A stretch of 64,000 nt of DNA from Nitrososphaeraceae archaeon (GCA_044870765.1 JBIOZG010000054.1:1-64000); one strand, 5' to 3'; shown: positions 51,626 to 62,479, counted from the stretch's first letter. The notes: a model not told the origin generated them from the letters alone. Program-made: numbers and translations.

Positions 51626-53740
51626 TTGGCCCCTACAACACGAATTATCTTTGGAAAAGGCAAAGCGATAAATACTGAAGTTGGTATTTTCCATAACGCA
51701 GCTACTAGTATTGACACTTGTATGACTTATACTAGACCCTCATTGGCCGTTTCCTTAAAACCAATCAAGGATGCATTTTTAGCTGCCAAGAGAGGAGGTA
51801 TAAAGCTTAGGTATATCACTGAGATCAATCATCATAATTTTGAAGACTGTAAGGAGCTATTAGGTATCGTTCATGAATTGAGACATTTAGATGGGGTCAA
51901 AACCAATTTCATGATAAGCGAGAAAGAATATCTTGCTCCTTTGATTCAAGAGAAAAGTGAAGCTATAGCATCAGAACACATCTACAGCAACACGGATCAA
52001 ATTGTAGAACACGGACAATGTATATTTGATACTCTATGGAGTAAATCCATTCCAGCCGAAGAAAGAATTAAGCAATTAATGGATGGTGAGGTTGCCCCAG
52101 AGACTAAGATAGTGGACAGCGAGGATGAGATTATGAAACATTTCATTCATCTGTCTGAGGTTTCTTCCGGTCTGTCAGTTGTATCAAACCATGGAGGGAT
52201 GCAATTAACCTACAACAGCTTTTTGGAATTATGTAAGAAAGTATTAGAAAAACAGAAGAGAGGAAAAGGGGATGGAATTAGATGGATTATGAGAATTGAA
52301 AAAGATAGCATTAATCTAGTCAAAAAGTTTCTAAAACTTGGAGTTAAAATAAGACATGTTAAAAATTTAGCTCCCATTAATTTTGCGGTTAGTAAACATG
52401 GACTAATTGCTACGGTAGAAGAGATCGCTGGTGGAGGAATGATGCAGAATCTATTGACTAGTAATGAAGTATCCTATATAAAACACTTTACTTCGATGTT
52501 TGAGCAATTATGGAAAGAAGGTGTTGATGCACGATACCGAATTAAGGATATCGAAGAAAAGGTTGGAATTGCAGAGATAGAAATAATTCGGAATCCGATA
52601 GATTCCATAGCCCGTGGCTGGGATATGGTAAAATCAGCGCGAAAAGAGATAAATGTATTATTTTCCTCCTCGAATGCACTTAAACGACAAATTGCAATGG
52701 GAGCATTACCACTCTTGAGAAATGCTTCTGAGAAACAAAAAGTAAAAATAAGAATGCTACTTCCATCCTCTGACAGGTCGGATCAGCTTATAGAAGAAAC
52801 AAAGTCTAATGTTCCTAACATAGATATTAGAACTATAAGTAGCAGCTTAGAGACCAAGATCTCCATACTCATAGTAGACAATAAGCAATGTTTGATATTA
52901 GAATTAAAGGACGACAAGCAAAATACATCTCACGACGCGGTTGGCTTAGCCACATACTCAATTAGCCCTACTATAATATCATCTTATTTGGCAATCTTTG
53001 AGAGCTTTTGGAGACAGGCAGAACTTTTTGAAAAGATGAAAGAGGTAGAAATATTAGAAAAAGACTTTATTAATTTTGCTGCCCATGAATTACGAAATCC
53101 CGTTCAACCAATAATCGGTTTTTCAGAATTACTTTATTCAAAGATTGAAAATCAGGAACATAGACGTCTGCTTGACGAAGTAATATTGAACGCAAGAAGG
53201 CTTGAGAGGCTCGCTCGAGTCATGTTGGATGTAACTCGCATAGAGAACAATTCGTTAATTCTAACAAAAGAAACCGTTGATACTGCTAAAGTCGTAAAGG
53301 ATATAGTTGATAGTTATAACCAAAACCTGAGAGAAAAAAATGTAGTTAACAAAAGCAAGAATTTGGAGGAATTAATGATAATTCAAAATGGAGTAAAAGA
53401 CCTGGAGGTTACTTTAGACAAAGTCAGGATAACGCAGGTGATCTGCAATATCCTTGATAATGCCTTGAGTTTTAGTCACGAAGGGAAAATAAAAGTTGTA
53501 CTCAAAAAAGAGAAACGAAACAGACAAAACTTTCTTCTCGTAAGAGTGAAAGATACGGGACCAGGTATAGATCCGGAAATCTTGTCTAAATTATTTACAA
53601 AATTTGCCTCCAAGTCTGACATGGGAACAGGACTGGGTTTATTCATTTCAAAGGGAATTGTTGAAGCACACGGAGGAAAGATATGGGCAGAAAATAATCC
53701 AAACAGAGGTGCAACATTTAGCTTTATCCTTCCGATCTAG
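51626..53740 (+). CDS. Cytoplasmic sensor His kinase with three TrmB/PLD-like repeats
   Basis: Repeat ends FDTLW, FEQLW, FESFW; AAHELRNP, NILDNA, DTGPG, GTGLGL. Confidence 0.9.
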   Translation: MAPTTRIIFGKGKAINTEVGIFHNAATSIDTCMTYTRPSLAVSLKPIKDAFLAAKRGGIKLRYITEINHHNFEDCKELLGIVHELRHLDGVKTNFMISEKEYLAPLIQEKSEAIASEHIYSNTDQIVEHGQCIFDTLWSKSIPAEERIKQLMDGEVAPETKIVDSEDEIMKHFIHLSEVSSGLSVVSNHGGMQLTYNSFLELCKKVLEKQKRGKGDGIRWIMRIEKDSINLVKKFLKLGVKIRHVKNLAPINFAVSKHGLIATVEEIAGGGMMQNLLTSNEVSYIKHFTSMFEQLWKEGVDARYRIKDIEEKVGIAEIEIIRNPIDSIARGWDMVKSARKEINVLFSSSNALKRQIAMGALPLLRNASEKQKVKIRMLLPSSDRSDQLIEETKSNVPNIDIRTISSSLETKISILIVDNKQCLILELKDDKQNTSHDAVGLATYSISPTIISSYLAIFESFWRQAELFEKMKEVEILEKDFINFAAHELRNPVQPIIGFSELLYSKIENQEHRRLLDEVILNARRLERLARVMLDVTRIENNSLILTKETVDTAKVVKDIVDSYNQNLREKNVVNKSKNLEELMIIQNGVKDLEVTLDKVRITQVICNILDNALSFSHEGKIKVVLKKEKRNRQNFLLVRVKDTGPGIDPEILSKLFTKFASKSDMGTGLGLFISKGIVEAHGGKIWAENNPNRGATFSFILPI

Positions 53741-54047
53741 CCTTCTAGTAAACAACCTAGGTCTTGTTTCATGATGATTAATCAAGGTTAGCGATATGGC
53801 CAGCGAATTTATCTATTTATAAATAGTGTAGACCATATCGCTTATTCTATATAATCTCAATATGACTACCACTATACCTCCTTTGGCTTCATATTGCTTT
53901 TAGCCTATGTTTTAATGCCAGTAGAAAAATAACCGAAAGCTCTAAATTGAGTAACACAGTTTAGCATTCTAACTTTTGATTGGAATACTCAAATAAGTAA
54001 GATTGATTATTACCCAACAAAAAGTTACCAATAATGAATCTAACTGA

Positions 54048-54296
54048 ATGATTATGAGCAACTCCCAAAACCCAAAGAGTAATGAAAGGATATTTCTATT
54101 ATGTGACAAGTGCTTCTGGACCGTAACGTGTCTTAACAAGGTTTATCTGAAGAAAATTTTGGCAAAAAATAATCGATGTCCTAATTGCAGTCAGGACCAG
54201 CTGTCCAGTTTTCCGGTAATGCCTAATGATTCGTTTACTTATAGCTACTCTAAAAAACGAGGCATTGAGCTAAATTTTGGTCTAAGAAGGATATAA
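54048..54296 (+). CDS. Family A zinc-ribbon micro-protein
   Basis: ERIFLLCDKCFWTVTCL...CPNC...LSSFP..PNDSFTYS..KRGIE..FG. Confidence 0.82.
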   Translation: MIMSNSQNPKSNERIFLLCDKCFWTVTCLNKVYLKKILAKNNRCPNCSQDQLSSFPVMPNDSFTYSYSKKRGIELNFGLRRI

Positions 54297-54514
54297 CTAT
54301 ACCCACTGAAATCGAGTTAGACGATAGACTTCATTGCATATAGTAATGCTGTCGAAGTCCGAATTTCAATGTTGAGATAAGCTAATTTCTACAATCTGAA
54401 GATTTAGGTAAAATGAAACAGGTGGAGGAATATTGTTTTTTGTTTGATCTTATGCAGATAAACCCTCACACCTCTACATGTTACAATTCTTTTATCTTTT
54501 GTTGTGCAAATTGA

Positions 54515-54605
54515 TTATAGGTAAAGCACCAAGAGAACACCGTTTCATGACTGGTGGGTCTTACATTTATACCACCTATTGAATAGACCCACCAGTTTAC
54601 TTATC
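54515..54605 (+). ncRNA. Candidate small hairpin RNA (CYGGTGGG-stem family)
   Basis: Perfect 12-bp stem 54550-61/54585-96; promoter block 24/33 identical to the reverse complement of 24014-24046. Confidence 0.5.
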
Positions 54606-54801
54606 GACGTAAATCGTTGATATGAGCATTGTTGTCTACCTACAATGCTTGGTATTTTATTCAGGCACATCAAATCGATATGATTCTTTAATATCCTGTA
54701 ACCTGCCTTGAGGATTCATATTGGAAACAGCACGGGATTCGGAGTAGGATTGTGGCTTTAAGTCATTAAGTGATATAACCTATTATGAACAAAGAGCAGT
54801 A

Positions 54802-54927
54802 ATGAGCAGTGCAGACGATCTGTGTGCATTTTGTCATCACCAACGGATTGGTCACAGGAATGACCTTGGAGAGCAGAACTCAACTTGTTCTTGGCCTAAT
54901 TGTGGCTGCAAGGAATTTATCGAATGA
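54802..54927 (+). CDS. Family C Cys/His micro-protein (41 aa; not in ORF track)
   Basis: MSSADDLCAFCHHQRIGHRNDLGEQNSTCSWPNCGCKEFIE; atataa TATA ~25 bp upstream. Confidence 0.72.
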   Translation: MSSADDLCAFCHHQRIGHRNDLGEQNSTCSWPNCGCKEFIE

Positions 54928-55129
54928 ATTTAGTCGATCATATTAAGAACAGTACCGTTACCAATAACCTAACATAGCATATGGGGCGATAATGGGTGAT
55001 TTGACTGACCGCAACATGTATACCTTAAATTAGTTAGTATTATCTACCAAAGATTGAAACGTTTGATGACACAAATTCCAATAGGTCATGAGATACTCTT
55101 ATTACGTGGATGGTCCCTGAAAAGAAATA

Positions 55130-55933
55130 TTGAAAAGGACCAGCGACTTGTTGATTCATCCCGGAGAGGATTTGAATCTTTCTGACTTTGATCCTGATAA
55201 TACATTTGGCAAGAGTCAGGAGGATATTAATGGCGAGCTGCCGAAGCTAAGATCATTAATGGCAGAAATGCAATACAAACTTTATATCGAAAATGAAAAA
55301 TCACTTTTAGTTATTCTTCAAGGCATGGACACTTCAGGTAAGGACGGAGTAATAAGGCATGTGATAACTGCTTTTAATCCAGTTTCCTGCACTGTCAAGT
55401 CTTTCAAGGTGCCCACGCCAGAAGAATTAGCACACGACTTTTTATGGCGAGTCCATGAAGTCGTACCTAGGAATGGCTTTGTAGGAGTGTTCAATCGTTC
55501 TCATTATGAGGATGTAGTAGCGGTTCGCGTCCATCACTTGATATCTGAATCTACGTGTTTCAAAAGATTTAATCAAATTAAGCATTTTGAAATAATGCTT
55601 ACAGAGAATAAGGTAAGAATATTAAAGTTCTTCTTACACATAAGTAAACAAGAGCAAAAGAAAAGACTTGCTGACAGGTTGTCAGACCCCGAAAAACGAT
55701 GGAAATTCAACAAAGAAGATATTAAAAAGCGAAAAAAATGGGGAGAGTATATGCGCGCATATGCTGACGCAATTAGCAACTGTAGCGTGGAACAAGCTCC
55801 CTGGCATGTAATTCCAGCTAATAAAAAATGGTTTAGAAATTGGGCAGTAGCAAAGATTATAACAGATACGTTGACACAAATGAAAATAAAATATCCCAAA
55901 ACTGGTTCTGATTATAAAAACATCAAAATTTGA
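55130..55933 (+). CDS. ppk2: Polyphosphate kinase 2, class III-like
   Basis: LQGMDTSGKDG, FKVPT.EE..HDFLWR, FNRSHYEDV, KFFLHISK. Confidence 0.92.
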   Translation: MKRTSDLLIHPGEDLNLSDFDPDNTFGKSQEDINGELPKLRSLMAEMQYKLYIENEKSLLVILQGMDTSGKDGVIRHVITAFNPVSCTVKSFKVPTPEELAHDFLWRVHEVVPRNGFVGVFNRSHYEDVVAVRVHHLISESTCFKRFNQIKHFEIMLTENKVRILKFFLHISKQEQKKRLADRLSDPEKRWKFNKEDIKKRKKWGEYMRAYADAISNCSVEQAPWHVIPANKKWFRNWAVAKIITDTLTQMKIKYPKTGSDYKNIKI

Positions 55934-56162
55934 ATATTATTTCTGGAATATTACGAATTTATTGTTCGCAAAATTGATATGCAGAGTTATAAGCATGTAT
56001 CAGAAGGCCGTTATAAGGAACAATTTGTCATAAGCTATCGCACATATGTACTTTTCTCAAAGACTTTGTAACACTAATAAATATAACCATTACCATTATC
56101 ATGATACTACGATACATTAAAAAGAAGTATAAATCCAAGATATAAGACGACTTGATTTTGAA

Positions 56163-57701
56163 ATGACGCACCCTCAAAATGGTAACAATAAATCAAATCC
56201 ATCGCCTGCCTTTAATCAAAAAGTGACTAAAAAAGCGTGGATGTCACTAGCGATATTGGGTTCGGCGCTTTTGATAGCAATGTATGGAGAAACAATGTTA
56301 CTACCTGCGATACCTGATATAATTAAGGAATTTAATATCAGTTATAGTACCTCATCATGGATTCTCTCGGCATATCTAATAGCTGGTGCCGTGTCCACTC
56401 CAGTCGCAGGTAAGCTTTCTGATATCTATGGCAGAAAAAAAATGGTAATGATTATTATGATCATTTATATCGTTGGTATTAGTTTGGGTGGACTTTCAAC
56501 CAATATTACATTTCTGATAGTTGCCAGGGTAATCCAAGGAATTGGCATCTCTATGTTCCCAATTGCTTTTGGTATTATACGAGATCAGTTTCCAAAAGAG
56601 AAGCTAGCAATAGGCGTCGGTGTATTCAGCTCTATGTTCGCAGCTGGTTCTGTGATTGGATTGGCCCTGGGAGCAAATATAATTGAGCATTTTGGCTGGC
56701 GAACTACATTCTTTTCAATCGTATTTGTTGCAATTGGCTTATGGTTTGTTATTAGGAGATATATTCATGACAGTACAGATTCCACAGATATGATTGAATC
56801 ACTGGAGTCGAAAATTCCTGTTCCCTCAAAAGATAAGAAAATAAAAATTGCTCAGGAGGCAAACATAATTACTAACTCTAAAAATATAGATATAAAAGGA
56901 ACAATAACCCTAGCAGTCACGATAATTTCGTTTTTAATGATTCTATCATATTCACAGACTAATGGCATTGAAAATCCTCATTTGTATGTGTTCATGGTGG
57001 TCGGCGTTGCATCGTTGGTACTTTTCGTGTTTATAGAAAAGCGATCAAATTCACCCTTGGTTAATTTCCAATTGATGACGAATAAAGTGATTCTTTCGGC
57101 TAACATCATTCTTGTTATTGCCTTTCTGTCTATGTTTACAGTTTTTCAAACTATACCTGTGTTAGTAAGGAGTCCTCAGCCATTGGGATTTGGAGAAAGC
57201 GTCATAACGACTGCAAGTATTCAACTTCCATTCATGATTGTATTTTTATTATTCGCTCCTTCTTCGGGATTTATAGTTTCCAAATTAGGTAATGTGAAAC
57301 CAACTATTATTGGAAGTACAGTGAGTACTATAGGATTTTTTAGCCTTTTCCTTTTTCACTCAAATGGGATTGTCGTTTCTACAAACCTGGCTATAATCGC
57401 GGGAGGTTTGTCATTAATGCAAGTCGGTGGTTTTGATATCATACTACAATCTACACCCCGAAGGTTCAGTGGAATATCTCTTGGAATGACTGTTCTCTTT
57501 ACTCTTATTGGAGCTTCGGTCGGACCGGCTGTTGCAGGACTCTTCATGCAGACAAATCAAGTATTCATAAAAGATTTAGCTGGTTGGTTTCCCTCACCAG
57601 ATTCATACAATCTAATATTTCTAACTATAGCTTTAATGTCATTGGTTCCAGTAGTATTGGCAATTTTCATAAAGAGATTGCCCTTGCAAAGTTCTGATTG
57701 A
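56163..57701 (+). CDS. MFS drug-efflux-type transporter (14 TM)
   Basis: GKLSDIYGRK, ARVIQGIG, GWR. Confidence 0.92.
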   Translation: MTHPQNGNNKSNPSPAFNQKVTKKAWMSLAILGSALLIAMYGETMLLPAIPDIIKEFNISYSTSSWILSAYLIAGAVSTPVAGKLSDIYGRKKMVMIIMIIYIVGISLGGLSTNITFLIVARVIQGIGISMFPIAFGIIRDQFPKEKLAIGVGVFSSMFAAGSVIGLALGANIIEHFGWRTTFFSIVFVAIGLWFVIRRYIHDSTDSTDMIESLESKIPVPSKDKKIKIAQEANIITNSKNIDIKGTITLAVTIISFLMILSYSQTNGIENPHLYVFMVVGVASLVLFVFIEKRSNSPLVNFQLMTNKVILSANIILVIAFLSMFTVFQTIPVLVRSPQPLGFGESVITTASIQLPFMIVFLLFAPSSGFIVSKLGNVKPTIIGSTVSTIGFFSLFLFHSNGIVVSTNLAIIAGGLSLMQVGGFDIILQSTPRRFSGISLGMTVLFTLIGASVGPAVAGLFMQTNQVFIKDLAGWFPSPDSYNLIFLTIALMSLVPVVLAIFIKRLPLQSSD

Positions 57702-57813
57702 ACCATGACAAAATCGAATAGAAATTAAAATAAAGGAATATGTAATGACAACATTAGTTACTGGATGCGCAGTAACAACGAATATTGTAATAATATTGTT
57801 ATTTTTATTACAA

Positions 57814-58062
57814 TTATTCCATTAGATCAAGCATTAATTTCAGATCTGATATTTCTTTTTTGAGAACGTTAATGTCAAAAATATCAGTAGTATATTTATA
57901 AAGTAGCTCGCATGCGCGAATCTGTGCCAATAATATATCCTTCTTGTTTATATAAAGTGAGTGACAAAACTCAATAGTAGAATATGCTATCTTTCTCTTG
58001 TGGACTGAGCCACAAAGCTTGGCATCGATTTGGATCAAGTATTCATGATCTGTTAGATTCAT
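57814..58062 (-). CDS. Family B small helical protein
   Basis: Paralog of 7799..8059. Confidence 0.72.
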   Translation of the reverse strand: MNLTDHEYLIQIDAKLCGSVHKRKIAYSTIEFCHSLYINKKDILLAQIRACELLYKYTTDIFDINVLKKEISDLKLMLDLME

Positions 58063-58124
58063 CTATTTATGATCAACTCAAATCGATTTGAATCTTCCAA
58101 TCCTAACTCTAGCCTTCTGCTCAT

Positions 58125-58274
58125 TCATATTGTGCAATAATAATTAGAATGTATCACCTCATCCATTTTATTACAATTTTTACACGTCCATGAAACAGAT
58201 TCTTTACAAAATTTGCAAATGGCGGATGGTATCAAACTAGAACCGCACATTTTGCATGAATTTCTATTGAACAT
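58125..58274 (-). CDS. 49-aa triple-CxxC micro-protein (not in ORF track)
   Basis: MFNRNSCKMCGSSLIPSAICKFCKESVSWTCKNCNKMDEVIHSNYYCTI. Confidence 0.75.
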   Translation of the reverse strand: MFNRNSCKMCGSSLIPSAICKFCKESVSWTCKNCNKMDEVIHSNYYCTI

Positions 58275-58506
58275 ATTAAGAAATATAAGTATTATTCTTA
58301 TTAGGATTATGGATATTGATCTTATTGATCCTATTGACCTATATTGAATATATGCTTATATCGAGTTTTCGAGCTTTTGTTTTTTCATTTAAATATTTGT
58401 ACCACAAGCTTTTAACTACTAAAAATTTAAAGATTAGATTAGATATGACTGAGGCTCCGTACTTGTGTTACGATTTCACTATTAAAATTCAAAGATTGAA
58501 GTAGAT

Positions 58507-59376
58507 ATGAGCAGAATTCAGTATATACTATTCTCATCGTCAATATTGATTTTAGCCACCATATTTGTTTCTTTTGCTTCATCACAAAATGTTACTAATC
58601 AAAGTAATTCTAATTCATCCATTATAGCTGATAAGATAAATAAAACAATAGATATAACAGTGATTGATACTGTAGGCGATATAGATTGTTCAAATAATTT
58701 AGATGAGCAAATCAAAAAAGATAATCCTGATCTCTTTATTGCGCTAGGAGATTTATGCTATAAATCTGACCTTAGCAATTTTACTGGTACTTACGGTGAT
58801 TTGAAAAAAGAGGGCATATTTGCTTGTATAATAGGCAACCATGACTCAGAAGAAGATGGTAATATAAAAATTCTAAATCAAACACGTGAATATTGTGGAG
58901 ATCATTGGTATCGCAAAATTGCAAATAATACCACTCTGTTGATTGGACTAAATACAAATGGAGACACTAAACTGCAGACAAAATGGGGACAATCAGTGGT
59001 AACAAATTCAACATTGATGAAAGGGGTCAAAAATGTTATGTTAATATCTCATAAACCTGCACACACACCACCCGAATCACATCACCCAGTAAGAAATTCA
59101 ACTATCAGGATGATATCTGGTATTGAGAGCAATATAACAAAGAGTATTCAAGTATATGAAATTGCTGCGCATAATCATTTCATGGCCGAATCAAGTAATG
59201 GACGTTGGTTCATTTCTGGAGCAGGAGGAAAGAGTCATTACGAAGGAGATACTAGTGAAGTGTGGCCATTTGTGAACACCAAGCAATACGGATACCTGCA
59301 AATCAGAATAAATAATACGAACGGAACGGTGAATAGTAGTAATTTCTACGGACTGGATGGCAAACTCATTCGTTAA
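58507..59376 (+). CDS. Secreted calcineurin-like metallophosphoesterase
   Basis: GD, LGDL, GNHD, SHKP, AHNH, SGAGG. Confidence 0.88.
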   Translation: MSRIQYILFSSSILILATIFVSFASSQNVTNQSNSNSSIIADKINKTIDITVIDTVGDIDCSNNLDEQIKKDNPDLFIALGDLCYKSDLSNFTGTYGDLKKEGIFACIIGNHDSEEDGNIKILNQTREYCGDHWYRKIANNTTLLIGLNTNGDTKLQTKWGQSVVTNSTLMKGVKNVMLISHKPAHTPPESHHPVRNSTIRMISGIESNITKSIQVYEIAAHNHFMAESSNGRWFISGAGGKSHYEGDTSEVWPFVNTKQYGYLQIRINNTNGTVNSSNFYGLDGKLIR

Positions 59377-59527
59377 GAGGTTATTAAAGAGAAATGTCGT
59401 AACATTTTGTTGTAGAGTTAGCTCATCCCAATACAGAGCATTACAATCCTTGGTGATCATCTAAATGAAAAGGTCCATCTGATGAAAAAAGATTTCTAGT
59501 ATTTTTACATAGTACTTCTTGTTACTT

Positions 59528-59947
59528 TTACTCGCCCATAATCTGCACATTGACATTTCGGTTCCTCGGTCTTGTATCCATTTCCAGTATGACTATTTGC
59601 TGCCACGTTCCCAATGTCAATTTGCCCTGCAGTATTGGAATAGTTAGACTTGGCCCTATTAGTGACGCTCGGACATGTGAGTGACCATTGCCATCATGCC
59701 ATGTGTTGTCATGTTTATATTCTATATTTTTTGGTACAATCCTAGACAACATCGCAGGAAAATCATGTATAAGTCCTGGTTCATATTCAATAGTAGTTAT
59801 TCCGGCCGTGGATCCTGAAACAAAAATAATGACAATCCCCTTTTCAATATTGCTCTCTTTTACTATATTTGATAACTGTTGCGTAATATCAATTACATCA
59901 TTTTCACCTTCAGAATGTATCTGAATTGTTCTGGTTACAACTTCCAT
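59528..59947 (-). CDS. yjbQ: YjbQ/UPF0047 family protein
   Basis: STAGITTIEYE, HDNTWHDGNGHSH, LGTWQQI..EMD. Confidence 0.9.
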   Translation of the reverse strand: MEVVTRTIQIHSEGENDVIDITQQLSNIVKESNIEKGIVIIFVSGSTAGITTIEYEPGLIHDFPAMLSRIVPKNIEYKHDNTWHDGNGHSHVRASLIGPSLTIPILQGKLTLGTWQQIVILEMDTRPRNRNVNVQIMGE

Positions 59948-60156
59948 ATGACAATTTGTACCCTACTCTACTATCTGCTTTTCTAAGTTTACTTGAATCA
60001 TGTTAACTAGTGGGCTTTAATTTCTTTTATCATTAACTTCAAATGACATCCACATGGAATTACTATTCGAAAGCAAACTCACCTATATTTCATATCATAT
60101 CATTTGCATCTTTATTTTTCAAGTAATAATAAATAGGATGAACGATAAAATAACTT

Positions 60157-60630
60157 ATGAGTCAAATAAAAAAAATTCCAGAAGGATATCATTCAATAAC
60201 TCCTGTTTTGATCGTGAAAGATGGGAATGCAGCAATTGAATTCTATAAGAAGGGATTTGATGTAGAAGAGCGACATCGGTTGAAGAGTCCCGACGGCAAG
60301 GTCGCGCACGCTGAATTAAAGTGAGGTGATTCTATCTTTATGTTGTCAGATGAATATCCGGAGATGAAATGTCATTCACCCAATTCAATTGGTGGAAGTC
60401 CAGTTTCCATGTATGTCTATGTTGAAGATGTTGATGAACTTTTCAATAAAGCTGTCTCTGCAGGCGCTAAAGTTCTGGATCCTGTGAAGGATCAATTCTG
60501 GGGCGATCGCCATGGTCGACTAGAAGATCCATTTGGACATCTTTGGTCAATAGCGACTCACAAAAAAGACCTCTCAGAAGAGGAAATGAAAAGAGCAGCA
60601 GAAACAGCTTTTTCTCAAATGTCAAAGTAA
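60157..60630 (+). pseudogene. VOC/PhnB paralog with an in-frame TGA at 60322-60324
   Basis: MSQIKKIPEGYHSITP...HAELK*GDSIFMLSDEYP, collinear with 24779..25255. Confidence 0.85.
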
Positions 60631-60818
60631 ATTTTCATCTTAATCATTTTCCCTCATTGTTTCAATATTAGGATTCATTAGGAAAGTACAATATAGACAA
60701 ATAATACCCTTGTGTTCACAATATTCCAATCATTTTGTACTTGCTATTTGGTAACAAAAACGTAGACTTTATACTATATATTGATCATGAATCAATCTGA
60801 TATAGCTAATGTAAATAA

Positions 60819-61190
60819 GTGGTAAATGTGGTTAATATTCTAATTAATTTTGCAGGTGACGTATTTCTAGCTGAAGCCGTTAAAGATTACTTATCGTCTA
60901 AGGGATTTATCTTAGACATACATATGACGCCCAACAAAGACGAAATAAGCATATCAATACAAGAAAATAATATACGAAAAGGAAATAACCTGATTAAAGA
61001 AATTCTGCGAAATTATTTAGACGAACATAATCTGACAAAGTATAATGTCTCCGAATTTGAGAATATCCTCACTGTGGGAATTCCAAAGAAGATCGAAGAA
61101 ATCTCAAATCTCCTGATGTGTGAGATATGTGGGTGGAGATTAAACACAGAAGAGGAATTACTCATCCATAGAAGGACACATTGGTTTTAA
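60819..61190 (+). CDS. Protein with C-terminal C2H2 zinc finger
   Basis: CEICG.....EEL.IHRRTH. Confidence 0.75.
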   Translation: MVNVVNILINFAGDVFLAEAVKDYLSSKGFILDIHMTPNKDEISISIQENNIRKGNNLIKEILRNYLDEHNLTKYNVSEFENILTVGIPKKIEEISNLLMCEICGWRLNTEEELLIHRRTHWF

Positions 61191-61234
61191 AAATATAATG
61201 AGCCTTAAATCAACAATAACATTTACTTAATATC

Positions 61235-62479
61235 ATGGCAATTCGTGTCTTTTTTTTAATGAAAGTAGCGATGCTTGTGATTTTTCTTTGTATCGGAATA
61301 TTTTATTCTTTATTGATTGCCTTCGCACTGTATTCAAATGTGCTTTTCGTTTTGTCTCAAGTTGTATATGATCCTATCCACTTGTTGTCTAAAAACATAG
61401 ATCACCAAGGAATAATACAGGAAATAAATGCTCAAAACGGTATTAAAAATGGTAATAATAGTTTGACAACTTCAAGACAATTAAACACAGAAGATATAAC
61501 TGTTGGTCTATGGACGCCTATGAACAATAGTTTTGCTCTTCAGCATCTAGAAGGCGAGAAGCAGAAAAAGGCAATAGATACACTTCTCAATAAAGGTTAT
61601 CAGGAGTATTATTACGTCATGAATAACTTTGAAGATCCCAAATCTCTGAAATTGACAGAATCGTTACTAAAGACAGCTAATAAAACGAATCTAAAAATAA
61701 TAATCATACTCCTTCCTCCGTCTGAAGGTGGATCGGATACAAGTTACGATTGGGACGGATGGATGACATACTTTAATTCTCTTGAAAAGAAATATCCATC
61801 ATCATTTGAGGGTTTTACAATAGATGATTTTAACTGGATAAGTACGAAAACTACCACTAAATTCAAGAACAATATAGATTTTATGGAATATACCATGCTC
61901 TCCAAATCTCTTGAGCACAAAAGTAAGAACGTAAAGTTTTATCCAACAATTTATTTTGAAGGGAAAAAAACTGGAATAATTGTAAAGAAATACAATAATT
62001 TTATTGATGGTTTAGTGGTGGCCAGTGGATGTTACTATAATGTATCAATTTTAGAAAGGCAACTAGATATATTCTCAGAAATTTTCAAAAAGCCGATGAG
62101 GTATATCGTATATCCTACTATAACTTATAATTATTCGAGACTTGATTATAGTCCTCCCACGGACCGGCTAATAATGGCGACCTTATCAATAGCATCAAAA
62201 ACTTCTGATGGTTTGATAGTTTGGCGTGATCTAGATAATCCTGTAATACAGGAACATATGAGATACAGACATGATAAACAATATCTCTTGGATATCTCAA
62301 ATTCTAAACAAGCACAAATTAAAGAAGAGATGATGGACACAAATGGCAAGTCAAAGATAAGCAATTTGCATACTGGCTGTAGTAATTGGGCTAAGAAGTA
62401 TAATGAAGCATATGATAAATGGAAAAATTCACCAAAAGGGGAAGTAGATGATAAATGGAAAAAAACGATTCTACACTAA
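61235..62479 (+). CDS. Membrane-anchored hypothetical protein, possible TIM-barrel glycoside hydrolase
   Basis: N-terminal TM segment; alternating beta/alpha pattern, GFTIDDF motif. Confidence 0.55.
   Translation: MAIRVFFLMKVAMLVIFLCIGIFYSLLIAFALYSNVLFVLSQVVYDPIHLLSKNIDHQGIIQEINAQNGIKNGNNSLTTSRQLNTEDITVGLWTPMNNSFALQHLEGEKQKKAIDTLLNKGYQEYYYVMNNFEDPKSLKLTESLLKTANKTNLKIIIILLPPSEGGSDTSYDWDGWMTYFNSLEKKYPSSFEGFTIDDFNWISTKTTTKFKNNIDFMEYTMLSKSLEHKSKNVKFYPTIYFEGKKTGIIVKKYNNFIDGLVVASGCYYNVSILERQLDIFSEIFKKPMRYIVYPTITYNYSRLDYSPPTDRLIMATLSIASKTSDGLIVWRDLDNPVIQEHMRYRHDKQYLLDISNSKQAQIKEEMMDTNGKSKISNLHTGCSNWAKKYNEAYDKWKNSPKGEVDDKWKKTILH

Noticed and set aside
60322-60324. Selenocysteine recoding of the TGA
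   Set aside because: Aligned residue is Ile rather than Cys, no SECIS-like element seen, and Sec is not established in this lineage
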